Shown one piece after another: positions 15,201-30,100 of a stretch of 64,000 bases of DNA (position 1 is the first letter of the stretch; every line of letters begins with the position of its first letter). This DNA is from Eledone cirrhosa (taxonomy: Eukaryota): assembly GCA_964016885.1 (NCBI GenBank), contig OZ024745.1:2356001-2420000 (forward strand), written 5' to 3'. The translations under genes and the position numbers were made by a program. The notes beneath the pieces were generated by a model, which saw only the letters and a program-made list of their open reading frames with translations, did not search any database and was not told the origin of the DNA.

Positions 15201-18200
15201 TACTTGTGCCTGACCTTCTTACTTGTGCCTGACCATCTTACTTGTGGCTGACCATCTTACTTGTGTCTGACCATCTTACTTGTGCCTGACCATCTTACTT
15301 GTGTCTGACCATCTTACTTGTGCCTGACCATCTTACTTGTGTCTGACCTTCTTACTTGTGCCTGACCATCTTACTTGTGTCTGACCATCATACTTGCGTC
15401 AGACCATCTTACTTGTGCCTGACCTTCTTACTTGTGCCTGACCATCTTACTTGTGTCTGACCATCTTACTTGCGCCTGACCATCTTACTTGTGTCTGACC
15501 ATCTTACTTGTGCCTGACCATCTTACTTGTGTCTGACCATCTTACTTGTGTCTGACCATCTTACTTGCGCCTGAACATCTTACTTGTGTCTGACCATCTT
15601 ACTTGTGCCTGACCATCTTACTTGTGCCTCACCATCTTACTTGTGCCTGACCATCTTACATGTGTCTGACCATCTTACTTGCGCCTGACCATCTTACTTG
15701 TGTCTGACCATCTTACTTGTGCCTGACCATCTTACTTGTGCCTGACCATCTTACTTGTGCCTGACCATCTTACTTGTGCCTGACCATCTTACTTGTGTCT
15801 GACCATCTTACTTGTGCCTGACCATCTTACTTGTGCCTGACCATCTTACTTGTGCCTTACCATCTTACTTGTGTCTGACCTTCTTACTTGTGCCTGACCA
15901 TCTTACTTGTGCCTGACCATCTTACTTGTGTCTGACCTTCTTCCTAGTGCCTGACCTTCTTACTTGTGCCTGACCTTCTTACTTGTGCCTGACCATCTTA
16001 CTTGTGCCTGACCATCTTACTTGTGTCTGACCTTCTTACTTGCGCCTGACCATCTTACTTGTGCCTGACCATCTTACTTGTGTCTGACCTTCTTACTTGT
16101 GCCTGACCTTCTTACTTGTGCCTGACCATCTTACTTGCGCCTGACCATCTTACTTTTGCCTGACCATCTTACTTGTGCCTGACCTTCTTACTTGTGTCTG
16201 ACCATCTTACTTGCGCCTGACCATCTTACTTGTGTCTGACCATCTTACTTGTGCCTGACCATCTTACTTGTGTCTGACCATCTTACTTGTGTCTGACCAT
16301 CTTACTTGTGTCTTACCATCTTACTTGTGCCTGACCATCTTACGTGTCTGACCTTCTTACTTGTGCCTGACCATCTTACTTGTGCCTGACCATCTTACTT
16401 GTGCCTGACCTTCTTACTTGTGCCTGACCATCTTACTTGTGTCTGACCATATTACTTGCGTCTGACCTTCTTACTTGTGTCTGACCATCTTACTTGTGTC
16501 TGACCATCTTACTTGTGTCTGACCTTTTTACTTGTGCCTCACCATCTTACTTGTGCCTGACCTTCTTACTTGTGCCTGCCCATCTTACTTGTGCCTGACC
16601 ATCTTACTTGTGCCTGACCATCTTACTTGTGCCTGACCTTCTTACTTGTGTCTGACCATTTTACTTGTGCCTGACCATCTTACTTGTGTCTGGCCATCTT
16701 ACTTGTGTCTGACCATCTTACTTGTGTCTGACCTTCTTACTTGTGCCAGACCATCTTACTTGTGCCTGACCATCTTACTTGTGTCTGGCCATCTTACTTG
16801 TGCCTGACCATCTTACTTGTGTCTGACCATCTTACTTGTGCCTGACCATCTTACTTGTGTCTGACCATCTTACTTGCGCCTGATCATCTTACTTGCGCCT
16901 GACCATCTTACTTGTGCCTGACCATCTTACTTGTGTCTGACCATCTTACTTGTGTCTGACCATCTTACTGTGCCTGACCATCTTACTTGTGTCTGACCAT
17001 CTTACTTGTGCCTGACCATCTTACTTGTGTCTGACCATCTTACTTGTGTCTGACCATCTTACTTGCGCCTGACCATCTTACTTGTGTCTGACCATCTTAC
17101 TTGTGCCTGACCATCTTATTTGTGCCTCACCATCTTACTTGTGCCTGACCATCTTACTTGTGCCTTACCATCTTACTTGTGTCTGACCTTCTTACTTGTG
17201 CCTGACCATCTTACTTGTGCCTGACCATCTTACTTGTGTCTGACCTTCTTACTTGTGCCTGACCTTCTTACTTGTGCCTGACCTTCTTACTTGTGCCTGA
17301 CCATCTTACTTGTGCCTGACCATCTTACTTGTGTCTGACCTTCTTACTTGCGCCTGACCATCTTACTTGTGCCTGACCATCTTACTTGTGTCTGACCATC
17401 TTACTTGTGCCTGACCATCTTACTTGTGTCTGACCATCTTACTTGTGCCTGACCTTCTTACTTGTGCCTGACCATCTTACTTGTGCCTGACCATCTTACT
17501 TGTGTCTGACCATCTTACTTGTGTCTGACCATCTTACTTGTGCCTAACCATCTTACTTGTGCCTGACCTTCTTACTTGTGCCTGACCATCTTACTTGTGT
17601 CTGACCATCTTACTTGCGCCTGACCATCTTACTTGTGTCTGACCATCTTACTTGTGCCTGACCATCTTACTTGTGCCTGACCATCTTACTTGTGTCTGAC
17701 CATCTTACTTGCGCCTGACCATCTTACTTGTGTCTGACCATCTTACTTGTGTCTGACCATTTTACTTGCGCCTGTCCATCTTACTTGTGTCAGACCATCT
17801 TACTTGTGCCTGACCATCTTACTTGTGCCTGACCATCTTACTTGTGCCTGACCATCTTACTTGTGTCTGACCATCTTACTTGCGCCTGACCATCTTACTT
17901 GTGTCTGACCATCTTGTTCCTGACCATCTTACTTGTGCCTGACCATCTTACTTGTGCCTGACCATCTTACTTGTGCCTGACCATCTTACTTGTGTCTGAC
18001 CATCTTACTTGTGCCTGACCTTCTTACTTGTGCCTGACCATCTTACTTGTGCCTGACCATCTTACTTGTGTCTGACCATCTTACTTGTGTCTGACCATCT
18101 TACTTGTGCCTAACCATCTTACTTGTGCCTGACCTTCTTACTTGTGCCTGACCATCTTACTTGTGTCTGACCATCTTACTTGCGCCTGACCATCTTACTT

Positions 18201-21200
18201 GTGTCTGACCATCTTACTTGTGCCTGACCATCTTACTTGTGCCTGACCATCTTACTTGTGTCTGACCATCTTACTTGTGCCTGACCATCTTACTTGTGTC
18301 TGACCATCTTACTTGTGCCTGACCATCTTACTTGCGTCTGACCATCTTCTTGTGTCTGACCATCTTACTTGTGCCTGACCATCTTACTTGTGCCTGACCA
18401 TCTTACTTGTGTCTGACCATCTTACTTGTGTCTGGCCTTCTTACTTGTGTCTGACCTTCTTACTTGTGCCTGACCATCTTACTTGTGCCTGACCATCTTA
18501 CTTGTGTCTGACCATCTTACTTGTGTCTGACCATCTTACTTGTGTCTGACCTTCTTACTTGTGTCTGACCATATTACTTGTGTCTGACCATCTTACTTGT
18601 GTCTGACCATCTTACTTGTGTCTGACCTTCTTACTTGTGCCTGACCATCTTACTTGTGCCTGACCTTCTTACTTGTGCCTGACCATCTTACTTGTGTCTG
18701 ACCACCATACTTGTGTCAGACCATCTTACTTGTGCCTGACCTTCTTACTTGTGCCTGACCATCTTACTTGTGGCTGACCATCTTACTTGTGTCTGACCAT
18801 CTTACTTGTGCCTGACCATCTTACTTGTGTCTGACCATCTTACTTGTGCCTGACCATCTTACTTGTGCCTGACCTTCTTACTTGTGCCTGACCATCTTAC
18901 TTGTGTCTGACCATCATACTTGCGTCAGACCATCTTACTTGTGCCTGACCTTCTTACTTGTGCCTGACCATCTTACTTGTGTCTGACCATCTTACTTGCG
19001 CCTGACCATCTTACTTGTGTCTGACCATCTTACTTGTGCCTGACCATCTTACTTGTGTCTGACCATCTTACTTGTGTCTGACCATCTTACTTGCGCCTGA
19101 CCATCTTACTTGTGTCTGACCATCTTACTTGTGCCTGACCATCTTACTTGTGCCTCACCATCTTACTTGTGCCTGACCATCTTACTTGTGTCTGACCATC
19201 TTACTTGCGCCTGACCATCTTACTTGTGTCTGACCATCTTACTTGTGCCTGACCATCTTACTTGTGCCTGACCATCTTACTTGTGCCTGACCATCTTACT
19301 TGTGCCTGACCATCTTACTTGTGTCTGACCATCTTACTTGTGCCTGACCATCTTACTTGTGCCTGACCATCTTACTTGTGCCTTACCATCTTACTTGTGT
19401 CTGACCTTCTTACTTGTGCCTGACCATCTTACTTGTGCCTGACCATCTTACTTGTGTCTGACCTTCTTACTTGTGCCTGACCTTCTTACTTGTGCCTGAC
19501 CTTCTTACTTGTGCCTGACCATCTTACTTGTGCCTGACCATCTTACTTGTGTCTGACCTTCTTACTTGCGCCTGACCATCTTACTTGTGCCTGACCATCT
19601 TACTTGTGTCTGACCTTCTTACTTGTGCCTGACCTTCTTACTTGTGCCTGACCTTCTTACTTGTGTCTGACCATCTTACTTGCGCCTGACCATCTTACTT
19701 GTGTCTGACCATCTTACTTGTGCCTGACCATCTTACTTGTGTCTGACCATCTTACTTGTGTCTGACCATCTTACTTGTGTCTGACCATCTTACTTGTGCC
19801 TGACCATCTTACGTGTCTGACCTTCTTACTTGTGCCTGACCATCTTACTTGTGCCTGACCATCTTACTTGTGCCTGACCTTCTTACTTGTGCCTGACCAT
19901 CTTACTTGTGTCTGACCATATTACTTGCGTCTGACCTTCTTACTTGTGTCTGACCATCTTACTTGTGTCTGACCATCTTACTTGTGTCTGACCTTTTTAC
20001 TTGTGCCTGACCATCTTACTTGTGCCTGACCTTCTTACTTGTGCCTGCCCATCTTACTTGTGCCTGACCATCTTACTTGTGCCTGACCATCTTACTTGTG
20101 CCTGACCTTCTTACTTGTGTCTGACCATTTTACTTGTGCCTGACCATCTTACTTGTGTCTGGCCATCTTACTTGTGTCTGACCATCTTACTTGTGTCTGA
20201 CCTTCTTACTTGTGCCAGACCATCTTACTTGTGCCTGACCATCTTACTTGTGTCTGGCCATCTTACTTGTGCCTGACCATCTTACTTGTGTCTGACCATC
20301 TTACTTGTGCCTGACCATCTTACTTGTGTCTGACCATCTTACTTGCGCCTGACCATCTTACTTGCGCCTGACCATCTTACTTGTGCCTGACCATCTTACT
20401 TGTGTCTGACCATCTTACTTGTGTCTGACCATCTTACTGTGCCTGACCATCTTACTTGTGTCTGACCATCTTACTTGTGCCTGACCATCTTACTTGTGTC
20501 TGACCATCTTACTTGTGTCTGACCATCTTACTTGCGCCTGACCATCTTACTTGTGTCTGACCATCTTACTTGTGCCTGACCATCTTACTTGTGCCTCACC
20601 ATCTTACTTGTGCCTGACCATCTTACTTGTGTCTGACCATCTTACTTGCGCCTGACCATCTTACTTGTGTCTGACCATCTTACTTGTGCCTGACCATCTT
20701 ACTTGTGCCTGACCATCTTACTTGTGCCTGACCATCTTACTTGTGTCTGACCATCTTACTTGTGCCTGACCATCTTACTTGTGTCTGACCATCTTACTTG
20801 TGCCTGACCATCTTACTTGTGCCTGACCATCTTACGTGTGCCTTACCATCTTACTTGTGTCTGACCTTCTTACTTGCGCCTGACCATCTTACTTGTGCCT
20901 GACCATCTTACTTGTGTCTGACCTTCTTACTTGTGCCTGACCTTCTTACTTGTGCCTGACCATCTTACTTGCGCCTGACCATCTTACTTGTGCCTGACCA
21001 TCTTACTTGTGCCTGACCTTCTTACTTGTGTCTGACCATCTTACTTGCGCCTGACCATCTTACTTGTGTCTGACCATCTTACTTGTGCCTGACCATCTTA
21101 CTTGTGTCTGACCATCTTACTTGTGTCTGACCATCTTACTTGTGTCTGACCATCTTACTTGTGCCTGACCATCTTACGTGTCTGACCTTCTTACTTGTGC

Positions 21201-24200
21201 CTGACCATCTTACTTGTGCCTGACCATCTTACTTGTGCCTGACCTTCTTACTTGTGCCTGACCATCTTACTTGTGTCTGACCATATTACTTGCGTCTGAC
21301 CTTCTTACTTGTGTCTGACCATCTTACTTGTGTCTGACCATCTTACTTGTGTCTGACCTTTTTACTTGTGCCTGACCATCTTACTTGTGCCTGACCATCT
21401 TACTTGTGTCTGACCATCTTACTTGCGCCTGACCATCTTACTTGTGTCTGACCATCTTACTTGTGTCTGACCATCTTACTTGTGCCTGACCATCTTACTT
21501 GTGCCTGACTATCTTACTTGTGCCTGACCATCTTACTTGTGCCTGACCATCTTACTTGTGTCTGACCATCTTACTTGTGCCTGACCTTCTTACTTGTGCC
21601 TGACCATCTCACTTGTGCCTGACCATCTTACTTGTGTCTGACCATCTTACTTGTGTCTGACCATCTTACTTGTGTCTGACCATCTTACTTGTGCCTGACC
21701 TTCTTACTTGTGCCTGACAATCTTACTTGTGTCTGACCATCTTACTTGCGCCTGACCATCTTACTTGTGCCTGACCATCTTACTTGTGTCTGACCATCTT
21801 ACTTGTGTCTGACCATCTTACTTGCGCCTGACCATCTTACTTGTGTCTGACCATCTTACTTGTGCCTGACCATCTTACTTGTGCCTCACCATCTTACTTG
21901 TGCCTGACCATCTTACTTGTGTCTGACCATCTTACTTGCGCCTGACCATCTTACTTGTGTCTGACCATTTTACTTGTGCCTGACCATCTTACTTGTGCCT
22001 GACCATCTTACTTGTGCCTGACCATCTTACTTGTGCCTGACCATCTTACTTGTGTCTGACCATCTTACTTGTGCCTGACCTTCTTACTTGTGCCTGACCA
22101 TCTTACTTATGCCTGACCATCTTACTTGTGCCTGACCATCTTACTTGTGCCTGACCATCTTACTTGTGTCTGACCATCTTACTTGTGCCTGACCTTCTTA
22201 CTTGTGTCTGACCTTCTTACTTGTGCCTGACCATCTTACTTGTGCCTGACCTTCTTACTTGTGCCTGACCATCTTACTTGTGTCTGACCATCTTACTTGT
22301 GTCTGACCATCTTACTTGTGTCTGACCTTCTTACTTGTGTCTGACCATATTACTTGTCTCTGACCATCTTACTTGTGTCTGACGATCTTACTTGTGTCTG
22401 ACCTTCTTACTTGTGCCTGACCATCTTACTTGTGCCTGACCTTCTTACTTGTGCCTGACCATCTTACTTGTGTCTGACCATCATACTTGCGTCAGACCAT
22501 CTTACTTGTGCCTGACCTTCTTACTTGTGCCTGACCATCTTACTTGTGGCTGACCATCTTACTTGTGTCTGACCATCTTACTTGTGCCTGACCATCTTAC
22601 TTGTGTCTGACCATCTTACTTGTGCCTGACCATCTTACTTGTGTCTGACCTTCTTACTTGTGCCTGACCATCTTACTTGTGTCTGACCATCATACTTGCG
22701 TCAGACCATCTTACTTGTGCCTGACCTTCTTACTTGTGCCTGACCATCTTACTTGTGTCTGACCATCTTACTTGCGCCTGACCATCTTACTTGTGTCTGA
22801 CCATCTTACTTGTGCCTGACCATCTTACTTGTGTCTGACCATCTTACTTGTGTCTGACCATCTTACTTGCGCCTGAACATCTTACTTGTGTCTGACCATC
22901 TTACTTGTGCCTGACCATCTTACTTGTGCCTCACCATCTTACTTGTGCCTGACCATCTTACATGTGTCTGACCATCTTACTTGCGCCTGACCATCTTACT
23001 TGTGTCTGACCATCTTACTTGTGCCTGACCATCTTACTTGTGCCTGACCATCTTACTTGTGCCTGACCATCTTACTTGTGCCTGACCATCTTACTTGTGT
23101 CTGACCATCTTACTTGTGCCTGACCATCTTACTTGTGCCTGACCATCTTACTTGTGCCTTACCATCTTACTTGTGTCTGACCTTCTTACTTGTGCCTGAC
23201 CATCTTACTTGTGCCTGACCATCTTACTTGTGTCTGACCTTCTTCCTAGTGCCTGACCTTCTTACTTGTGCCTGACCTTCTTACTTGTGCCTGACCATCT
23301 TACTTGTGCCTGACCATCTTACTTGTGTCTGACCTTCTTACTTGCGCCTGACCATCTTACTTGTGCCTGACCATCTTACTTGTGTCTGACCTTCTTACTT
23401 GTGCCTGACCTTCTTACTTGTGCCTGACCATCTTACTTGCGCCTGACCATCTTACTTTTGCCTGACCATCTTACTTGTGCCTGACCTTCTTACTTGTGTC
23501 TGACCATCTTACTTGCGCCTGACCATCTTACTTGTGTCTGACCATCTTACTTGTGCCTGACCATCTTACTTGTGTCTGACCATCTTACTTGTGTCTGACC
23601 ATCTTACTTGTGTCTTACCATCTTACTTGTGCCTGACCATCTTACGTGTCTGACCTTCTTACTTGTGCCTGACCATCTTACTTGTGCCTGACCATCTTAC
23701 TTGTGCCTGACCTTCTTACTTGTGCCTGACCATCTTACTTGTGTCTGACCATATTACTTGCGTCTGACCTTCTTACTTGTGTCTGACCATCTTACTTGTG
23801 TCTGACCATCTTACTTGTGTCTGACCTTTTTACTTGTGCCTCACCATCTTACTTGTGCCTGACCTTCTTACTTGTGCCTGCCCATCTTACTTGTGCCTGA
23901 CCATCTTACTTGTGCCTGACCATCTTACTTGTGCCTGACCTTCTTACTTGTGTCTGACCATTTTACTTGTGCCTGACCATCTTACTTGTGTCTGGCCATC
24001 TTACTTGTGTCTGACCATCTTACTTGTGTCTGACCTTCTTACTTGTGCCAGACCATCTTACTTGTGCCTGACCATCTTACTTGTGTCTGGCCATCTTACT
24101 TGTGCCTGACCATCTTACTTGTGTCTGACCATCTTACTTGTGCCTGACCATCTTACTTGTGTCTGACCATCTTACTTGCGCCTGATCATCTTACTTGCGC

Positions 24201-26356
24201 CTGACCATCTTACTTGTGCCTGACCATCTTACTTGTGTCTGACCATCTTACTTGTGTCTGACCATCTTACTGTGCCTGACCATCTTACTTGTGTCTGACC
24301 ATCTTACTTGTGCCTGACCATCTTACTTGTGTCTGACCATCTTACTTGTGTCTGACCATCTTACTTGCGCCTGACCATCTTACTTGTGTCTGACCATCTT
24401 ACTTGTGCCTGACCATCTTATTTGTGCCTCACCATCTTACTTGTGCCTGACCATCTTACTTGTGTCTGACCATCTTACTTGCGCCTGACCATCTTACTTG
24501 TGTCTGACCATCTTACTTGTGCCTGACCATCTTACTTGTGCCTGACCATCTTACTTGTGCCTGACCATCTTACTTGTGCCTGACCATCTTACTTGTGTCT
24601 GACCATCTTACTTGTGCCTGACCATCTTACTTGTGCCTGACCATCTTACTTGTGCCTTACCATCTTACTTGTGCCTGACCTTCTTACTTGTGCCTGACCA
24701 TCTTACTTGTGCCTGACCATCTTACTTGTGTCTGACCTTCTTACTTGTGCCTGACCTTCTTACTTGTGCCTGACCTTCTTACTTGTGCCTGACCATCTTA
24801 CTTGTGCCTGACCATCTTACTTGTGTCTGACCTTCTTACTTGCGCCTGACCATCTTACTTGTGCCTGACCATCTTACTTGTGTCTGACCTTCTTACTTGT
24901 GCCTGACCTTCTTACTTGTGCCTGACCATCTTACTTGCGCCTGACCATCTTACTTGTGCCTGACCATCTTACTTGTGCCTGACCTTCTTACTTGTGTCTG
25001 ACCATCTTACTTGCGCCTGACCATCTTACTTGTGTCTGACCATCTTACTTGTGCCTGACCATCTTACTTGTGTCTGACCATCTTACTTGTGTCTGACCAT
25101 CTTACTTGTGTCTGACCATCTTACTTGTGCCTGACCATCTTACGTGTCTGACCTTCTTACTTGTGCCTGACCATCTTACTTGTGCCTGACCATCTTACTT
25201 GTGCCTGACCTTCTTACTTGTGCCTGACCATCTTACTTGTGTCTGACCATATTACTTGCGTCTGACCTTCTTACTTGTGTCTGACCATCTTACTTGTGTC
25301 TGACCATCTTACTTGTGTCTGACCTTTTTACTTGTGCCTGACCATCTTACTTGTGCCTGACCTTCTTACTTGTGCCTGCCCATCTTACTTGTGCCTGACC
25401 ATCTTACTTGTGCCTGACCATCTTACTTGTGCCTGACCTTCTTACTTGTGTCTGACCATTTTACTTGTGCCTGACCATCTTACTTGTGTCTGGCCATCTT
25501 ACTTGTGTCTGACCATCTTACTTGTGTCTGACCTTCTTACTTGTGCCAGACCATCTTACTTGTGCCTGACCATCTTACTTGTGTCTGGCCATCTTACTTG
25601 TGCCTGACCATCTTACTTGTGTCTGACCATCTTACTTGTGCCTGACCATCTTACTTGTGTCTGACCATCTTACTTGCGCCTGACCATCTTACTTGCGCCT
25701 GACCATCTTACTTGTGCCTGACCATCTTACTTGTGTCTGACCATCTTACTTGTGTCTGACCATCTTACTGTGCCTGACCATCTTACTTGTGTCTGACCAT
25801 CTTACTTGTGCCTGACCATCTTACTTGTGTCTGACCATCTTACTTGTGTCTGACCATCTTACTTGTGTCTGACCATCTTACTTGTGCCTGACCATCTTAC
25901 TTGTGTCTGACCATCTTACTTGTGTCTGACCATCTCACTTGTGCCTGACCATCTTACTTGTGCCTGACCATCTTACTTGTGTCTGACCATCTTACTTGTG
26001 TCTGACCATCTTACTTGTGTCTGACCATCTCACTTGTGTCTGACCATCTTACTTGTGTCTGACCATCTTACTTGTGTCTGAGCATCTTACTTGTGTCTGA
26101 CCATCTTACTTGTGCCTGACCATCTTACTTGTGCCTGACCTTCTTACTTGTGCCTGACCTTCTTACTTGTGCCTGACCATCTTACTTGTGTCTGACCATC
26201 TTACTTGTGTCTGAGCATCTTACTTGTGTCTGACCATCTCACTTGTGTCTGACCATCTTACTTGTGTCTGACCATCTTACTTGTGTCTGACCATCTTACT
26301 TGTGTCTGACCATCTTACTTGTGTCTGACCATCTTACTTGTGTCTGACCATCTTAC
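3224..26356. repeat. 19-bp tandem satellite, ~23.1 kb, roughly 1,200 monomers
   Basis: Consensus TACTTGTG(C/T)CTGACC(A/T)TCT, uninterrupted. Common variants GTGC/GTGT/GCGC and CCAT/CCTT, with rare short-deletion variants. Confidence 0.99.
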
Positions 26357-26446
26357 GTATGAAGACATCCGAAACCAATAACTGTCATGGAAGACTGTAA
26401 AGAAACTGACAGAAATTAATTATCATATATCAGAGGGCAGTGAAAC

Positions 26447-26604
26447 CACCATCACCATCATCGTCATCATCATCATCATCATCGTCATCATCATCACCAT
26501 CATCGTCGTCATCATCATCACCATCATCATCATCACCACCATCGTCATCATCATCTCCATCATCATCAGCAGCAGCAGCAGCATCTCCATCATCATCATC
26601 ATCA
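26447..26604. repeat. (CAT)n/(CAG)n trinucleotide tract, possibly the (ATG)n tail of a minus-strand retroposon remnant at ~26605-26780
   Basis: Imperfect CAT repeat; source of the poly-S and poly-M ORFs. Confidence 0.8.
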
Positions 26605-26789
26605 TTTCTTTTCCGTTCGTGGAAAACCTCGTTAGCATGGGTTGGACAGGTCCTTCAGAGCATCGCTCCACTCGACGCGTTCCTTTGTCATCTCAGTGAG
26701 TTTCAGCGATTCGAGATCGAGTCTCGCCCTCTCCACCCAGGCCTTCTCTCCGTAGATTTGCTACAACGTTGGATAACACAATACTAATA

Positions 26790-26884
26790 CGGTATTTTCA
26801 GTGGCTCTTTAAGTTCAAGTCCCACCAGAGTTAACTACCTTTCATCCTGCGAGAGTCGATTAAATAAAGTACCAGTCATGTACT
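26790..26884 (+). mobile_element. Decayed SINE remnant (same type as 3126-3226)
   Basis: AAGTTCAAGTCCC B-box-like motif followed by CCTTTCATCC...GTCGATTAAATAAAGTACCAGT. Confidence 0.55.
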
Positions 26885-27164
26885 TTTTTAATTTAATCAA
26901 CTGGTGTTAATTTAATCAAATTTGCTGATTTGTTAATTTATTAATTTAATCAATTGCCTTATTTAGAAATCAATATATGCAGCTTAAAAAAATAATTTGA
27001 AATCGTTTGAAAATAATCTTTCCAATTTCTTTTTAAGTTATCATTAAATCATAAGTTATGTTTTTACGAGAGACAGAGAAAGAATCTCAACATAATCACT
27101 GGAGACATCTGATGATACACATTCGACTATCTATACCTACTTCTTCTATAGAACAGTTATTACT

Positions 27165-30100
27165 GAATACCTAGGAGATAGCTACAGTGTTTGTGGTAGG
27201 GAAAATAGCTAGGAGATAGCTACAGTGTTTGTGGTAGTGGAAATACCTAGGAGATAGCTACAGTGTTTGTGGTAGGGAAAATAGCTAGAAGATAGCGACA
27301 GTGTTTGTGGTAGTGGAAATACCTAGGATATAGCTACAGTGTTTGTGGTAGTGGAAAATAGCTAGAAGATAGCTACAGTGTTTGTGGTAGTGGAAATAGC
27401 TAGGAGATAGCTACAGTGTTTGTGGTAGTGGAAATACCTAGGAGATAGCTACAGTGTTTGTGGTCGGGAAAATAGCTAGGATATAGCTACAGTGTTTGTG
27501 GTAGTGGATATACCTAGGAGATAGCTACGGTGTTTGTGGTAGTGGAAATATCTAGGAGATAACTACAGTGTTTGTGGTAGTGGAAATACCTAGGAGATAG
27601 CTACGGTGTTTGTGGTAGTGGAAATACCTAGGAGATAGCTACAGTGTTTGTGGTAGGGAAAATAGCTAGAAGATAGCTACAGTGTTTGTGGTAGGGAAAA
27701 TAGCTAGGAGATAGCTACAGTGTTTGTGGTAGTGGAAATACCTAGGATATAGCTACAGTGTTTATGGTAGTGGAAATACCTAGGATATAGCTACAGTGTT
27801 TATGGTAGTGGAAATACCTAGGAGATAGCTACAGTGTTTGTGGTAGGGAAAATAGCTAGAAGATAGCTACAGTGTTTGTGGTAGTGGAAATACCTAGGAT
27901 ATAGCTACAGTGTTTGTGGTAGGGAAAATAGCTAGAAGATAGCTACAGTGTTTGTGGTAGTGGAAATACCTAGGATATAGCTACAGTGTTTATGGTAGTG
28001 GAAATACCTAGGAGATAGCTACAGTGTTTGTGGTAGGGAAAATAGCTAGAAGATAGCTACAGTGTTTGTGGTAGTGGAAATACCTAGGATATAGCTACAG
28101 TGTTTATGGTAGTGGAAATACCTAGGAGATAGCTACAGTGTTTGTGGTAGGGAAAATAGCTAGAAGATAGCTACAGTGTTTGTGGTAGTGGAAATACCTA
28201 GGATATAGCTACAGTGTTTGTGGTAGTGGAAATACCTAGGATATAGCTACAGTGTTTATGGTAGTGGAAATACCTAGGATATAGCTACAGTGTTTATGGT
28301 AGTGGAAATACCTAGGAGATAGCTACAGTGTTTGTGGTAGGGAAAATAGCTAGAAGATAGCTACAGTGTTTGTGGTAGTGGAAATACCTAGGAGATAGCT
28401 ACAGTGTTTGTGGTAGTGGAAATACCTAGGATATAGCTACAGTGTTTATGGTAGTGGAAATACCTAGGATATAGCTACAGTGTTTGTGGTAGGGAAAATA
28501 GCTAGAAGATAGCTACAGTGTTTGTGGTAGTGGAAATAGCTAAGAGATAGCTTCAGTGTTTGTGGTAGGGAAAATAGCTAGGAGATAGCTACAGTGTTTG
28601 TGGTAGTGGAAATAGCTAGGAGATAGCTACGGTGTTTGTGGTAGGGAAAATAGCTAGAAGATAGCTACAGTGTTTGTGGTAGTGGAAATAGCTAAGAGAT
28701 AGCTTCAGTGTTTGTGGTAGGGAAAATAGCTAGAAGATAGCTACAGTGTTTGTAGTAGTGGAAATAGCTAAGAGATAGCTACGGTGTTTGTGGTAGTGGA
28801 AATAGCTAGGAGATAGCTACAGTGTTTGTGGTAGGGAAATAGCTAGGAGATAGCGACAATGTTTGTGGTAGTGGAAATACCTAGGAGATAGCTACAGTGT
28901 TTGTGGTAGTGGAAATACCTAGGATATAGCTACAGTGTTTGTGGTAGTGGAAATACCTAGGAGATAGCTACAGTGTTTGTGGTAGTGGAAATACCTAGGA
29001 TATAGCTACAGTGTTTGTGGTAGTGGAAATACCTAGGAGATAACTACAGTGTTTGTGGTAGGGAAATAGCTAGGAGATAGCTACAATGTTTGTGGTAGTG
29101 GAAATACCTAGGAGATAGCTACAGTGTTTGTGGTAGTGGAAATACCTAGGATATAGCTACAGTGTTTGTGGTAGTGGAAATACCTAGGATATAGCTACAG
29201 TGTTTGTGGTAGTGGAAATACCTAGGAGATAGCTACAGTGTTTGTGGTAGTGGAAATACCTAGGAGATAGCTACAGTGTTTGTGGTAGTGGAAATAGCTA
29301 GGAGATAGCGACAGTGTTTGTGGTAGGGAAAATAGCTAGGATATAGCTACAGTGTTTGTGGTAGGGAAAATAGCTAGGATATAGCTACAGTGTTTGTGGT
29401 AGGGAAAATAGCTAGGAGATAGCGACAGTGTTTGTGGTAGGGAAAATAGCTAGGATATAGCTACAGTGTTTGTGGTAGGGAAAATAGCTAGGATATAGCT
29501 ACAGTGTTTGTGGTAGGGAAAATAGCTAGGAGATAGCGACAGTGTTTGTGGTAGGGAAAATAGCTAGGATATAGCTACAGTGTTTGTGGTAGGGAAAATA
29601 GCTAGGAGATAGCTACAGTGTTTGTGGTAGTGGAAATACCTAGGAGATAGCTACAGTGTTTGTGGTAGTGGAAATACCTAGGATATAGCTACAGTGTTTG
29701 TGGTAGAGGAAATACCTAGGATATAGCTACAGTGTTTGTGGTAGTGGAAATACCTAGGAGATAGCTACAGTGTTTGTGGTAGTGGAAATACCTAGGAGAT
29801 AGCTACAGTGTTTGTGGTAGTGGAAATAGCTAGGAGATAGCTACAGTGTTTGTGGTAGTGGAAATAGCTAGGAGATAGCGACAGTGTTTGTGGTAGGGAA
29901 AATAGCTAGGATATAGCTACAGTGTTTGTGGTAGGGAAAATAGCTAGGAGATAGCTACAGTGTTTGTGGTAGTGGAAATACCTAGGAGATAGCTACAGTG
30001 TTTGTGGTAGGGAAAATAGCTAGGAGATAGCTACAGTGTTTGTGGTAGGGAAAATAGCTAGGAGATAGCTACAGTGTTTGTGGTAGGGAAAATAGCTAGG

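Noticed and set aside
27090-27170. Possible minus-strand terminal exon (AG|VFSNNCSIEEVGIDSRMCIIRCLQ*), and a similar candidate near 31140-31262
   Set aside because: No recognisable protein similarity, the acceptor lies in the minisatellite edge, and no supporting exon chain is visible.
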